Positions 12,784 to 26,435 of a DNA stretch of 64,000 nucleotides are shown here, one piece after another. The notes below the pieces were generated by a model. The model searched no databases, had not been told where the DNA came from, and worked only from the letters and a program-made list of their open reading frames with translations. The DNA lies in NCBI RefSeq assembly GCF_006345805.1, contig NC_042999.1:65100001-65164000 (forward strand). The letters are read 5' to 3'. Position 1 is the first letter of the stretch, and each line of letters opens with the position of its first letter. The DNA is from Octopus sinensis (Eukaryota). The translations under genes were made by a program, and so were the position numbers.

Positions 12784-14336
12784 GAAGTGCATTCCAGAAG
12801 AATTGAGACTTTTTAGGAGAGGCAGTTACAACTGTCCTGCGTTATTGTATTTGTATTATATCCTTACTATACATCAAATAAGCCGACCTGCCAAATTTTG
12901 TTTTTCCATATTGCAGACGACGGGTATGACAGCATGACAGTACTGTGAACACACCCTATTAAACACCGCTTGTCACCACTGACTAGTTTATAAAATGCAA
13001 GTCTTGGGGCGAATCCAGTTTTGGTGATCGTTATGTGTTATGTTGCGCTTTCGGATGCCTTCTACTCAACTCGACTCCACTCTACTCTGACCTAGTCTAC
13101 TCTCACCGCTACTCAAATGTTCTCTTCCCTCTGGTCCTACTCCTTTCTCGACGTCTAGGCTTCTCCCTCTATATCAACGTATTGGGCTAGTCTACTTCAT
13201 CGTCTGCGGGCGTCCACACAACATTATGCAATAAATCTTTTTGTGTTAAACTAGACAAACACGTAGCAGAAGCTTATGGAATTTTCCAGGCTGTTTATAG
13301 ATTAATTTTATGAAGCAAGTCTCTGTTTTACACTGGCAGACGAGGTCAAGTATAGTAAGAACCAGGAAGTTCATACTGATTCCCTTTTTCGACAGGAAGG
13401 GCATCAACTACCTCGGCTGGGTTTCATCTGCTTGGACTGTCAACGAAGAGTACTTTGCGGTGGAATTGAGGCCGATCAGGAAGTGATTTCATCGCAAAAC
13501 AACAGAGCTCTACCACTCAAATCGGTGGCACAGGCACCGTGACATTACACTAGTCTACAATACCTATTTCTTTACTACCCACAAGGAGCTAAACACAGAG
13601 AGGACAAACAAGGACAGACAAACGGATTAAGTCGATTATATCGACCCCAGTGTGTAACTGGTACTTATTTTATCGACCCAGAAAGGATGAAAGGTAAAGT
13701 CGACCTCGGCGGAATTTGAACTCAGAACGTAGCGGCAGACGAAATACCTATTTCTTTACTAACCACAAAGGGCTAAACACAGAGGTGACAAACAAGGACA
13801 AACAAACGAATTAAGTCGATTATATCGACCCCAGTGCGTAACTGGTACTTATTTTATCGACCCAGAAAGGATGAAAGGTAAAGTCGACCTCGGCTGAATT
13901 TGAACTCAAAACGTAGCAGCAGACGAAATACCGCTAAACATTTCGCCCGGCGTGCTAACGTTTCTGCCAGCTCGCCACTTTACTAGTCTACAATACCATC
14001 CAGGCAGCCAACCACTTGATACAGATGGGATTAAAAACTGTCCTTCACCTTCGTTACTGCTGAGACCTTGACCTATATGGCTTTTGATTGCTGCCCAAGC
14101 TGAGAGAAATTCTCAGGATCTGTTGTCGTTCTGGAAACATTGAGAAAATGAAAGGTGGTGGCAAGGGTCCGGCAACCTTCTCTTTGGGAGATTTTCATGG
14201 GGCTTTAAAGAATTTTTGTGGGACGCTACAAGTACTTTCAAATCAGTAGATCCTACTTTCAATGAAATTAGGGTATTGTACTTCTTTAATATTTTAATGG
14301 CACCCCTAAAAATGTCTCAACACTTCTGGAATGCAT

Positions 14337-14340
<4 letters not shown>
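12784..14340 (+). mobile_element. Decayed mariner transposon with TIRs and nested insertions
   Basis: TIRs tgcattccagaagaattgagacttttt and aaaaatgtctcaacacttctggaatgca; peptides FCVKLDKHVAEAY, LIPFFDRKG..TVNEEYF, RWHRHRD, KTVLHLRYC*DLDLYGF*LLPKL. Confidence 0.85.
13564..13978 (-). mobile_element. SINE group A dimer inserted in the mariner, with 16-bp TSD
   Basis: actagtctacaatacc present on both sides. Confidence 0.9.
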
Positions 14341-14403
<63 letters not shown>

Positions 14404-14474
14404 GTGTGTGTGTGTGTGTGTGCGTCTGTGTGTGTGTATCTCTTCAGTCTTTTTCATCATGTTAAACAGTTAAT

Positions 14475-14642
14475 ACCGACATATTCTTTCTCTCACTGTT
14501 GTTTTTCGTTGTCTCTCTAAACCTTTCTGTAGACGAACGCAGGTCCGAAACGTCAAGCAATTTCCCAGTCTTCCCGAGCGTCAAACTAAAACCCCTGCTT
14601 GTTGTTTCCTCACCTGTCCCTTTTTTCTGTAAATTTGAACCA
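14475..14642 (+). mobile_element. Penelope-like short element, decayed
   Basis: ctgtagacgaacgcaggtccgaaacg..cccgagcgtcaaactaa, homologous to 9337-9532. Confidence 0.5.
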
Positions 14643-14731
14643 TGTCTCAATGTGTGTGTGTGCGTATGTATGTATGGAAATTTTTCGGTAACTTCGTAAT
14701 ACTAGGACATATATATATGCATGTTTATGTA

Positions 14732-14767
<36 letters not shown>

Positions 14768-15669
14768 GATGTGTGCATGTATATATATGTATATAGTCTA
14801 TAAATCTTGCACACAGCAAGCACTAAAATGGAAAAATAGAGAAATAATATAACAATTCGAGAATTCAACTTAAACAGCGTAACATATAAATAGGAAAAGA
14901 CTTCAAAAAGTTTTATTATTTAAAAATAATGACTTACTCTTAATTCAAAGCATATGATTCATGTCTTCTGTCTGTTGAAATAATGAAATTTGTTACTTAA
15001 TTTCACATAAAATCTTCCAGAAACTGATAACTGTATAGATATAAAGTTCGGGTTATAAACATTCTTAACTATAAAATGTCTTTATATTTTTCTCTATAAA
15101 AGAATAACACAATGATTTTTAACAGAATGAAACAAGTGTTAGACAATATATGATTTATAGATAATTTTATGGAACTAGCTCTGTCATAATATTGCTATGA
15201 GTTTAACGACGTGAATATATGATATACAATACACAGGAAATATACAGATCGTAACAAGTCGAAGACGAGAGATCTCTCAAATCATTCCCTAAACTTTTCT
15301 CATATCATCCCCTATCAATTTCACGAAGCGAAGTATACTTACAGACACAATCACATACATTCATGCACATATACATACATACATGCATACATACAGGCTT
15401 TGAATTCTATGGGGAAATCTATGGAAGTAAATTTAGTATATATGCACGCATAGAAACACACAAACATACACACAAAAGCACACAGAGATACACTCACACA
15501 TGCACCCACAAACACATACGCACATTGACACTCAAACACACACGCACACGGAAACACAAACACACACTCATACACACACAATCACATATTGCTTTAAAAG
15601 TTTTATAGAGAACTACCTACTTCTGAAGTCATTACTATAACGCATTTTAAGCACATCTTTATGTATGTT

Positions 15670-15701
<32 letters not shown>

Positions 15702-15745
15702 TGTATGTATGTATGTATGTATGTATGTATGTATGTATGTTAATG

Positions 15746-15812
15746 GATCACAGCACCAATAACAGTTAAGCTTCGCGCAATGGCTATACTCGATAACGAG
15801 GGGGCAGCCATC
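15746..15812 (+). mobile_element. RTE LINE extreme 3' end within (TATG)n
   Basis: Near-identical to 6857-6924, with TATG arrays on both sides. Confidence 0.75.
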
Positions 15813-15822
15813 ATGTATGTAT

Positions 15823-16127
15823 GCAAAGGAAGAAGAGAAAGAAGAAGAGAAAAGAAAGAAGAAGAGAAAAGAAAGAAGAGAAAGTAGAAGAGAAAGAAGA
15901 AGCAGAAGAAGAAGAGAAAGAAGAAGGAAAGGAAGGAAAAGAAGAAAAAGAAGACAAAGAAGAAAATGAAGAAAAGAAAGAAGAAGAAAAGAAGAGAAAC
16001 AAGAAACGGAAGAAGACGGAAAAGAAGAGAAAGAAGAAGGGAAAAAAGAAGAAAAGGAAGGAGAAGAAGGAAAAGAACACAAAGAAGAGAAAGAAGAAGA
16101 AAAGGAAGCAGAGAAACAAGAAAGGGA
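15823..16127 (+). repeat. Polypurine (GAA/GAAA)-rich tract
   Basis: Directly visible. Confidence 0.9.
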
Positions 16128-16294
16128 ATGTATGTATGTATGTATGTATACATGCCCCACTATTATATATCTCACTATTATAGGACCTACTACCTTAGAC
16201 CCCACCATTATCCCCTGAATGTTTACTGATGATTTTGCTGTTTTTCCTATCACTAACACAGGTGAGTAGAATATTTATAAAGTTTCGACAATAT

Positions 16295-17060
16295 AGTGAA
16301 CTGGCAGAATTGTTAGCACGCCGGGCGAAATTCTTAGCGGTATTTCGTTCGCCGTTACGTTCTGACTTCAAATTCCGCCGAGGTTGACTTTGCTTTTCAT
16401 CCTTTCGGGGTCATTTAAATAAGTACCAGTTACGCACTGGGGTCGATATAATCGACTTAATCCCTTTGTCTGTCCTTGTTTGTCTTCTCTGCGTTTACTC
16501 CCTTGCGGGTAGTAAAGAAATAGGTATTTCGTCTACCGTTACGGTCTGAGTTCAAATTCCACCGAGGTCGTCTTTGTCTTCCATCCTTTTGGGGTCGATA
16601 GAATAAGTACCAGTTACGCACTGGGGTCGATATAATCGACTTAATCCCTTTGTCTGTCCTTGTTTGTCTTATCTGCGTTTACTCCCTTGCGGGTAGTAAA
16701 GAACTAGGTATTTCGTCTGCCGTTACGGTCTGAGTTCAAATTCCACCGAGGTCGTCTTTGCCTTTCATCCTATTGGGGTCGATAGAATAAGTACCAGTTA
16801 CGCACTGGGGTCGATATAATTGACTTAATCCCTTTGTATGTCCTTGTTTATCTTCTTTGTGGGCAGTAAAAAAATAGGTATTTTCATCTGCAGTTACGGT
16901 CTGAGTTCAAATTCCACCGAGGTCGTCTTTGCCTTTCATCCTTTCGGAGTCGATTAACTAAGTACCAGTTATGCACTGGGATCGATGTAGTCGACTTAAA
17001 CCCTTCATCTGTCCTTGTTTGTCCCCTCTATGTTTAGCCCCCTGTGGGTAGTAAAGAAAT
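16295..17060 (+). mobile_element. SINE group A: one head plus four tandem body units (~185 bp each)
   Basis: Repeated gtatttcgtc..ttcaaattcc..aagtaccagttacgcactgggg..gtagtaaagaa. Confidence 0.9.
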
Positions 17061-17334
17061 ATATATTTAGTAATTCTTATCTCCACTGTCGTCTGCATAT
17101 CTATTTCAGATAAATTCGAGTCACCCATTTCTACATTTCAGCAGATGACATGAATTTTGGAATTTTTACTAAGCAGATTAGATTGCAGAAACATTTCTAT
17201 TGTATTTAAATGTATATATACAAACATACGTATACTTTACAACTGAGATGCATTCATATTTGTCTTATTTCATGAGTTTAATGAAATCTATATAATATAC
17301 TTTATTTCTAGTTTGCTCTGTTTTTGTCTACTTC

Positions 17335-17510
17335 AATACTTGTTAGACAATGTTCATGCTGGGGGCATCGCCTTGAACGGTTTAAGTCAATCAAATCGAT
17401 CGCACTACTTATGGCTAAAGTATTGTATTGATTTTATCGATCTCTTTTTTTTTATCAAACTGCTAGGTTACGGAGACATACACAGACTAACAATGGTTGT
17501 CATGATATAG
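17335..17510 (-). mobile_element. Decayed SINE group C 3' half
   Basis: catgctgggggcatcgcc..ctaggttacggagacata..ggttgtca. Confidence 0.55.
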
Positions 17511-17679
17511 GAAATATTATGTTATACACTACCGATTACTTTGAAACACTGCAGAAATTCAGAAACAACAAAGGACTCTCGAACTTGCCCTCACGACCTG
17601 CCAGAACTAGTAGCTAAATTACTATGAAACAATGTCTATTGTCTTTAAGATCTAAATGATTTAATAAATGATCTTGTCC

Positions 17680-17713
<34 letters not shown>

Positions 17714-18042
17714 AAAGAGAATGAAGAAGAAGAAAAGGAAGAAGAGAAAGAAGAAGGAAAGAAAGAAGAGAAAGAAGGAAAGAAAGAAGAGAAAGTAGAA
17801 GAGAAAGAAAAGAAAGAAGCAAAGGAAGAAGAAGACAGAGAAGAGAAAGAAGAAAAGGAGGGAAAAGAAGACAAAGAAGAGAAAGAAGAAGAGAAGAAGA
17901 GAAACAAGGAACGGAAGAAGAAGAAAAAGAAGAGAAAGAAGAGGAAGCAGAGAAAGAAGAAAAGGAAGAAAAGAAAGAAAGAAAAAAAGAAAGAAAGAAA
18001 AAAAGAAAGAAGAAGAAGAAAAAGAAGAAGAAGAAGAAGAAG

Positions 18043-18071
<29 letters not shown>
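17680..18071 (+). repeat. Polypurine tract ending in pure (GAA)n
   Basis: Directly visible; shares landmarks with 15823-16127. Confidence 0.9.
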
Positions 18072-18073
<2 letters not shown>

Positions 18074-20111
18074 GATATATTTATGAGTTGACTACTTTTT
18101 GTCATGTCTGCTCGATAAATCCCAACTTATAGTCTAAATAAAACATTACCACAAAGAGAACCAGTTAGAGGCAAACGATGGACTCAGGTGCGTATAACAT
18201 GATCTGATAATATTTATATGAATAAGTAACTAGGCCACCTGGACAATGGGGAATAAAATGTTCTTGTTAGAAACAGAATAAAACGCCAATGGCAGATTCA
18301 ACTTTAAAATTCACAAGTTGCTGTACAAAATGTGCAATCGTTCGGTGGTTTTAGTTGCTATGTGTCCCTCAGTATGGTCTATGAAGTTATGGAATCAGAT
18401 TTTAAAGCTTGGATAAAGTTTTTTATTATTGTGTCATGACAGACCATTTATTGTCCTTATTTGCAAGACAGACATTTCCATGTTGCAAATGTTGCCCTCA
18501 AAGAAAGGGAACGATTGATGACATTCCGCTTCATGTGTCGTTCTAGGCGATGGTGTAAGAATTCAAAATGCCAGGAAAGGTTCCACGAAGCAGGCGTCCT
18601 GTCTGAGGCTTTAGCAATTCTACAATTCCAAAGCGATGGACAGTGCAATGTTTATTTTAAATGTATAGATATTCGGTAAAAGGGTTTAAGAAAATGAAAA
18701 CAATGTACCAAGGGAAATTGGTTATCGGTCTAAATAAATATCTAAAACACGGCCGGTGAGATTTATATTTCCTTTGATATAGAGTTTAACAAAGTTTATT
18801 TACATAAGAATTTATTTAAAGACTCCGTATGAATTAGAGGCGAAACTGGTATGATTTGAACTCTGACAATAAAGAACCCGATCTAATACTGCAATGTCCT
18901 ATCTGATAATTTAAAAACGCTGCCAAATGTTCCGCCTTAATTTTAATTATAATTCGTAATAAATATCTAAAATAAAACTATTTTGATAGATAGATGAAAT
19001 TATTCCTGGTACAATTATATGAGATATTTTCTAATGAGAAAAGCAAACCTCCGAAAATAAGTTCAGAGGTTAAATATTTAGAATATGAAATTTTCACTGT
19101 TCAGAATAGGACTGATTGCCCGCGGATACAAATGTTATCAAATCAGATCAGATTGACTTAGAGCTGATAATAAGATTAAGTAAATTACAACGCCGCAAAA
19201 TAAGAAATATAAGCAATTGTGCCAAATATATAGAAAAGTGCCTGTTACTTTTAGATACACTGTTTCCTTATAGTTTATATAATCTCCAGTTATTTCTCAT
19301 AACTAAAACTGATTTATAGTTTGAGGTTCTTTTTCTTACGTTAAAATATTATTCGCTCGTTTTTTGGCAGTTTCTTAAGAATATATATTAAATATGATGA
19401 TGATTAAACCCGCTGTCTCCAAAGTAATGTTTACGTTTTAAATGTTATAGAACAACCATTTTGTTTACATTCTTAAATCGTTTCAATTGACGTCACGCCA
19501 AAATTATCAAAACCAGTTTATAATAAAGAATATAAAAGGTGTTGTTCACAATGAATAACTAAGGAATTATGAAGACACACTTGATATAGTTTCTTTACAA
19601 TTAATATGAAATGCGTAACCTTAATGGAACAAATACTTTCAATGATATCAATTAATAGCTTTCGTTTATTTTCCGTAGATTTTAGAGTGCTTATTAGAGA
19701 ATGAGAAGAAAACAAAAGATTTTGAACTTGTCGCCCTTAAGGAAGCTTAAAGCTGAATAAGAGTACTTCAGAAAATGAAGTAGCATTTTGATCAATAAAT
19801 ATTCAAGTATTTTAAATAATTCTATGTAAAATACGTGTTTTGGGGAAATTTACAGTTACATAAAATAAAATGACTGCCATGGGTTTTCAATAAGGACATT
19901 CACTGTAATATTCTCAATAGTGTTTCATAAAATAAATGTTCAAAATTACATTAACTCTTAATAGATTTCTCTAATGCTGCCGATATATATTTCCATGGAA
20001 TAATGTAATTGCGGAGGATTACATAGCAAACGAGAAAATCCCTAGAGCTGCATAAATTTCTTAAGATAAGACAGCTTCGTTTCTTCTCTTAGAATATTTC
20101 ATATCAATTAA

Positions 20112-20862
20112 GAGGCGAGTTGGCAGAAACGTTAGCACGCCGGACGAAATGCGTAGCCGTATTTCGTCTGCCGTTTCATTCTGTGTTCAAATTCAGCCGA
20201 TGTCGACTTTGCCTTTCATCCTTTCAGGGTCGATAAAATAAGTACTAGTTACGCACTGGGGTCGATATAATAGAGTTAACCCGTTTGTCTGTCCTTGTTT
20301 GTCCTCTCTGTGTTTATCCCCTTGTGGGTAGTAAGGAAATAGGTATTTCGTCTGCTGTTACGTTCTGAGTTTAAATTCTGCCGAGGTCAAATTTGCCTTT
20401 CATCCTTTTGGTGTCGATAAATTAAGTACTAGTTGCGTGGTGGAGTCGATCTAATCGACTGGTCCCCTTCCCAAAATTTTGGGTAGTCAGTTCTGGGTAG
20501 TAAAGAAATTGGTATTTCGTCTGCCGTTACGTTCTGAGTTCAAATTCCGCCGAGGTCGAATTTGCATTTCATCCTTTCGGGGTCGATTAAATAAGTACCA
20601 GTTACGCACTGGGGTCGATGTAATCTACTTAATCTGTTTGTCTGTCCTTGTTTGTCCCTTCTGTGTTTATCCCCTTGTGGGTAGTAAAGAAATAGGTATT
20701 TCGTCTGCTGTTACGTTCTGAGTTTAAATTCTGCCGAGGTCAAATTTGCCTTTCATCCTTTTGGTGTCGATAAATTAAGTACTAGTTGCGTGGTGGAGTC
20801 GATCTAATCGACAGGCCCCCTTCCCAAAATTTTCGGGTCTTGTGCCTAGAGTAGAAAAGAAT
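20112..20862 (+). mobile_element. SINE group A multimer with alternating 3' variants
   Basis: Head plus four body units; 20318-20480 is repeated at about 20670-20833. Confidence 0.88.
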
Positions 20863-21199
20863 ATATACCAATGCATATATCTAAAGCATATTTTTGAAAC
20901 GCTGTTGGGGATCCCCAGTTTACTATTTTATTATGTGGACCCTGGTCGAGGACAGCTGGTTTAGAGTATAAACAACGTAGACACGCCGTCTGTATGCAAA
21001 ACAAAGAACGAGTAGATAAGGCAGTGTTCTATTTTTCAGGGAGCATTAAACAGCCAACTGCAAATAGTTATGCAGTTAATATGCGAAAATATTGCAGAAA
21101 TGAATCGGAAATGAAATTTTACAGGTGAACATCAAATAGAAGTGAAATTGCACAACGGAATGAAATTGCACACCGGAAACAAAGTAACAGCTATATATG

Positions 21200-21250
<51 letters not shown>

Positions 21251-21582
21251 TATATATCAAGAGAGAGAGAGAGAGAGAGAGCGGTTAAAATAGCCTCATT
21301 AAGAGATAGAAAATAGCCAATGAATTACTGATTTGTTGCCTATTATTTTGTTGTGAATAGTAATATGCCTAAAATAATAGGTTTACGTATAAATCCTGGT
21401 TTATAAATATTCAAATTAAAATCCAGAAAATGGAAGGGTAGCATTAATATAATTTATTAACTGCAAAAATTCAGCAGGGACTTTAATTTTTGTGTATATA
21501 TATATGTGTGTGTGATTTTTGGGGAGTAATATGTATATGTCAATTACTGTGTTGAGTAAAGTACATTCACAGTTAGGCTTAC

Positions 21583-21645
21583 CTGGTGTCATCTCAGAGC
21601 TATATTCTGAAGAGTTTCTAAATAATTGTATGGCATATTTCATTG
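21583..21645 (-). CDS. Candidate 63-nt internal exon (phase 1-1) of an unidentified host gene
   Basis: Acceptor tgtgtttttctatacccag and donor CAG|gtaagc; one open frame AMKYAIQLFRNSSEYSSEMTP; lies in repeat-poor DNA; no homology recognised. Confidence 0.25.
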
Positions 21646-23716
21646 CTGGGTATAGAAAAACACACGTATTTAGAGAAATAAGTACTATGTCCCTAAACAA
21701 GAACCATTGCAATTTAGAAATACTTATGTGGTGAGGTAAAACTAATATTATTTAAGATAGTTTAGTTAAATACATTGTATAACTCTAGGCATATATAAGT
21801 TTTATTATAACCTCCTCATTGAAGCATAAATGCTGAAGTAATAATGGGGTGTATAAGAAAACAAGTTCAGTTAACTAGTATTCGATATGTTGGATTAGGA
21901 TATCCACCATTCTCATTTTGATATCAGACATTCCTGGCGTATACCAATTATACATCAGTAGCGTATTTCTGACATCCGATCGTCTGTAGCTTCTGTTCAA
22001 TTAAGGGAATACCGTAAAGTATATTTTTGAGGATTTTGACAAGTCAGGAACGCAGACCCTTGCCAGTGGAGTTCTCTTTCTGAGGAATCTATCGCCTCAT
22101 CTGTTCGTATTTGCAAGTATGCAAAACACTTCAAAATGCTGTAAATTTAGCAACCTGTTAAATTCTTTGTCTATTTTATTTCGTTTTCCCATGGTATTGG
22201 TATGCATTTTTTGCGTTAAATGTGTTTAGTCAGGTTCTGCTCTAGATTACTGCACGCTGAATAAAATATGCTGAGGAATAATCTTTTCGTTTATAAATCG
22301 ATAACACCCATGGTGAATGATTCTAAGTTTCATACAAGTCCAAACATACATGAAAACATCTTCAGCTGTTATTCATACATTATTTAATTAATGTCATTTT
22401 AGGATTGATCGAGAACCTATTTCTAGCAGAAACGAGTAAATGCAATCTGTAAAATAAATAATGAAGAGAAGCTGATAATTTGTGCTGATAGTTTGTACTG
22501 ATGAACTGCAGTGTAAAGTTGTACTTTTGGCAAAAGTCAGTATGACTTTTATCACGTATACAACATGGACTCTGGGATTAAGAAGTTACCTGTTTTCCAG
22601 TTCGATTCCATTTTGGGGCATTTTAGGTTCATCTGTTCTACCTTCAGCCTTGTATGTGAAATTTCGTTGACAGAATCTGTGCGAGGCTTTCAAGAAATCT
22701 CGTTTCCCTTTGTAGGTGACAGACTTATTTCACAGTGTAGTCTGTCACTCACATCAATACTACAGTCATCTTAAATTCAATCCACTACTTAGCAAAAATT
22801 CGGATTAGATTTAAGATCTGATAAAAATTTACATTTCTTTCACGAACCCCAGACGTCCCCACTAAAAGGATGATTAGAACCTCGCATCTTTTGACTAAAC
22901 GCATTAAAATTTTCAAGACCATATTCGTTGATATTTTCATCGTCTCTTACAAGGTCTGGGTATCAGGTGCTGACTAGTTACACATGCCAGCGAGACCGAA
23001 GAGATGCTTCGTGTTATTTCAACCTGCTCTATGTCTTCCGAATTCAAGTAGCGCTGCATCCAGCTTCGATTTTTATTCTTCCAAGGTGAATAAATTAAGG
23101 AACTAAGTTAGATAGTATCGAATAAACCAATACCTTCAAAACTGCTACATCTGCTTTAGAAGCAGTTATGATGTTTCCTACGATTTTAGTGAGATATTTA
23201 ATAGACTTTTACCGTGGCATGTCGGAAGATGCAGCAGAAACACTTGATTTGACAAAGAAACCATTAGCTAAAGTACAAGTATTGCATTACACCAGCTCAG
23301 TTCAGTCAGAAGTGAAGACCTATTTCTTACATTTATTTCTAATTCTCTAGGCGAATGTATTGTTGCTATTTCTTTCAACTTCCCGTCATCTCTGAGTACT
23401 AGAGATTTAGCTATACAAATTTAGCCTTTACTTGCTAACATAATTTTGTTATATAGCTGAAAACCAAAACGTATTCATGCGTTGGATACTAGACTTAATA
23501 TGTTAGCCGACTGCACACAGGCAGGAGAGCCATGTTGAATGCATGTATCTAAGACAACCTTGCTGCAAGTATTTGAGACATCATTCAATTTGAGGAGGAC
23601 ATTTTCCATTCCATGTAACAGTCTGATATCTTTGGAATGACGACACACCATTCAAACAAAATTTCCCCAGTTTTCATCTAGTAGTAGTAGTAGTATTAGT
23701 ATTAGTAGCAGTGGTG

Positions 23717-23747
<31 letters not shown>

Positions 23748-23843
23748 GCCACGGAATAAAGTATATTCTATGAAACACGTGTTTTTGTTTCTCATGAAAT
23801 AATAGATTTTTCAAACAAAATACACTCCACTCTCTATCTCCCC

Positions 23844-23874
<31 letters not shown>

Positions 23875-25169
23875 TTATTAAAAACAAGTACATTGTTTAA
23901 TATTGTATATTTCTTTTATTTTTCGCATTTTCATTCTTTCAGCCATATATGCGTTTGATTTTTGCTGTTTCCGGAAAACAATGATACCAAAGAAATAATC
24001 AAGTATTTCTCTCAACCATTACATCATAGTTAGTTGTTTATATCAAGTTGTAAATGTCTCTTTCTCTCTCTCTGTCTCTGTCTCACTCAATACTGGAAGT
24101 ATCATTTTTTTTAATGATGTGACATTTCTGATGCAGCGTTATTGTACACCACTTTAGATGCAAGTGAACATATTTTAGTCGGTAACTTAAAAGTACCAGA
24201 TAATGGGCTTCATCAGCATTTCAACAATACAGCATTAACACTTTTTTTTACATTCATTTAGACTGTAGAATGTTTTTGTGATAGTAGTTCCACACAGAGA
24301 CAATCTTCAGTAAAAGAATACTGTTTATGCTTCATTTATTTATTTTCTGGCACTAAAACTTAGCAGTTTCATAGAGAAACCAGGTGAGCAATTTAGCAAG
24401 CGGACATAATTTTCATTCCGACCAAATCAATATAATAATATGTATGTAGAGTTCTCTTGTGACACAGACGTATTTTTCTCATGAAATTCGTCATCAAAGC
24501 AATACGTTCGCCAGCTTTAATATTTAATATTCTATTGGTATACTATTTCTATTCTTATCATATAATTTTATCCTCATAATCAGTTTAAAGAAATTGAGCC
24601 ATAAGAAAACATCTCAAAATAGTGATTCTATATCAGATCCTATGCTGAATATTTCCCATTTTGCAATAATTGTATGTCTTAGAATATCTTTTAGTATGCG
24701 CTTTAAAGATTTAAGTGTTGCAGATATAAGAATCAGAAGTGATCAACAGAAATTGTTGTAAGATTTGCTTTGCCTTTCAAAGCAACTATTTTGATATTAC
24801 ATTTAAAAACAAAGTAGTTATAAGTATATATATATATATATATATGTGTAGGAAAATGAGATGTTTCTATTTATAAATTATCGATAGCGTATGTGGTTGA
24901 ACTTAAAATAAATTAGACATTGTGTTCTAGTATACAAGAATACAAGCAACACAATAAACCTCATACATATGCATTTATTCAAATTCTACTTCTACAAATT
25001 TAAATCGAGGAGATATGACGCTGTGACGCAAAACTGAAAGACAATAATAGCATCTACGAAAAATAAAACAACATAAGTGAAAAAAAAAGAGCAAAATCAA
25101 TGAATAAGATCAATACCGTTTTTAGTGCTTTATAGATTTTGAGAATATTTTAACACAATAGATATTGAG

Positions 25170-25560
25170 TTTGTACTCTTGTGGGCTAATAGTTTAGAGA
25201 TATGAATGGAACCGGGATGGAATTTCGGTAGAATTTATTTTGTTGAAAGAGGGATTGGGAAAGAGTACAAAGTTATGTTGATGGAATATAGTCGATGAAC
25301 TGGAAAAATGTAAATGTATCCATTAGATTTTTATTGATGTTATGTAATATCAGAATGTTTAATGGATTAAAGTTTCTTTCAATGATAGTAGATACAATGA
25401 TGTTGAACAATAAAGAACAGTGTGAAACTGGTGGTAGAATATTATCTTACAATTTTACTTGCTAGGTTTACATGAAGTGGGAGGTGCTCCATGGTCTTCG
25501 CAAGCATTCCGATACCGGCGAAGAAGAGATCTGTGACTTGATAAATAATTGATTATTAAC
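25170..25560 (-). mobile_element. Ancient non-LTR reverse transcriptase fragment
   Basis: With frameshifts, reads ISLLSPV..LAKTMEHL (cf. PISLLS..AK.MERL) and NKINSTEIPSRFHSYL. Confidence 0.4.
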
Positions 25561-25574
25561 TGTGTTAAAGTGGT

Positions 25575-26435
25575 TTTAAGTTTTAGCACAAGGCCAGCAA
25601 TTTCGAGGGAAGTGAGTCAATCGGTTACATCGACCCACTTCCCAGTTGCTACATATTTTATCGATCCCGAAAGGAAGAAGGGTAAAGTCCACCTTGGCGG
25701 AATCTGAACTCAGAACGTAAAAACGACGACAAACCGCTAAGCATTTTACCCGCCGTGCTAAAGACTCTACTAACATGTCACCTTTCGAAATTTATAAATA
25801 ATCATCCTTTCTACAATAGGTACGAGGCCTGAAATTTTTTTTTTTTTTGGTAGGGGTCGAATACATCAACCCCAGTAAGCAATTGGTGCTTAATTTTTCG
25901 ACCTCGAAAGGATGAAAGTCAAACTCGACCCTGGTAATATTTGAACTCAGAACGTAGCGACGGGCGAAATACGACTAGGCATTTCGTCCAGCGCGCTAAC
26001 CATTCTGCCAGCTCACCGCCTTCATTAATTTATAAATAATCCTTTCTACTCTAGGCACAAGGCCTGAAATTTATGGAAGAGGGATAGTCATTTACATCGA
26101 CCCCAGTGCGCAACTGGTACTTAATTTATCGACCTCGAAAGGATGAAAGGCAAAGTCATCCCCGGCGGAATTTGAACTCAGAACGTAGCGACGGGTGAAT
26201 ACCTATTTCTTTACTACCCAGAAGGGGCTAAACACAGAGAGGACAAACAAGGACAGACAAACGGATTAAGTCGATTACATCGACCCCAGTGCGTAACTGG
26301 TACTTATTTAATCGACCCCAAAACGATGGAAGGCAAAGTCGACCTCGGCGGAATTTGAACTCAGAACGTAACGGCAGACAAAATACCGCTAGGCATTTCG
26401 CCCAATGCGCTAACGATTCTGCCAGATCGCTGCCT
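25575..26435 (-). mobile_element. Three consecutive SINE group A copies (25575-25783, 25803-26021, 26041-26435)
   Basis: Each has gaactcagaacg..gctaa..ctgccag; aatttataaataat recurs at 25789, 26027 and 26439. Confidence 0.85.

Noticed and set aside
15821-16229. K/E-rich ORF resembling a charged coiled-coil protein
   Set aside because: Polypurine repeat open in several frames and embedded in a TATG array; no splice support
16295-17060. Regularly spaced repeats that could suggest a CRISPR array
   Set aside because: Whole ~185-bp units are homologous with no unique spacers; eukaryotic SINE multimer with no cas genes
18408-18546. LDKVFYYCVM..FPCCKCC peptide resembling a membrane-protein C-terminus
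   Set aside because: Weak acceptor, short length and no upstream exons identified
25460-25555. Minus-strand DLFFAG, resembling a cytochrome P450 I-helix
   Set aside because: It lacks the following ETT motif, and the surrounding sequence fits a decayed LINE RT better
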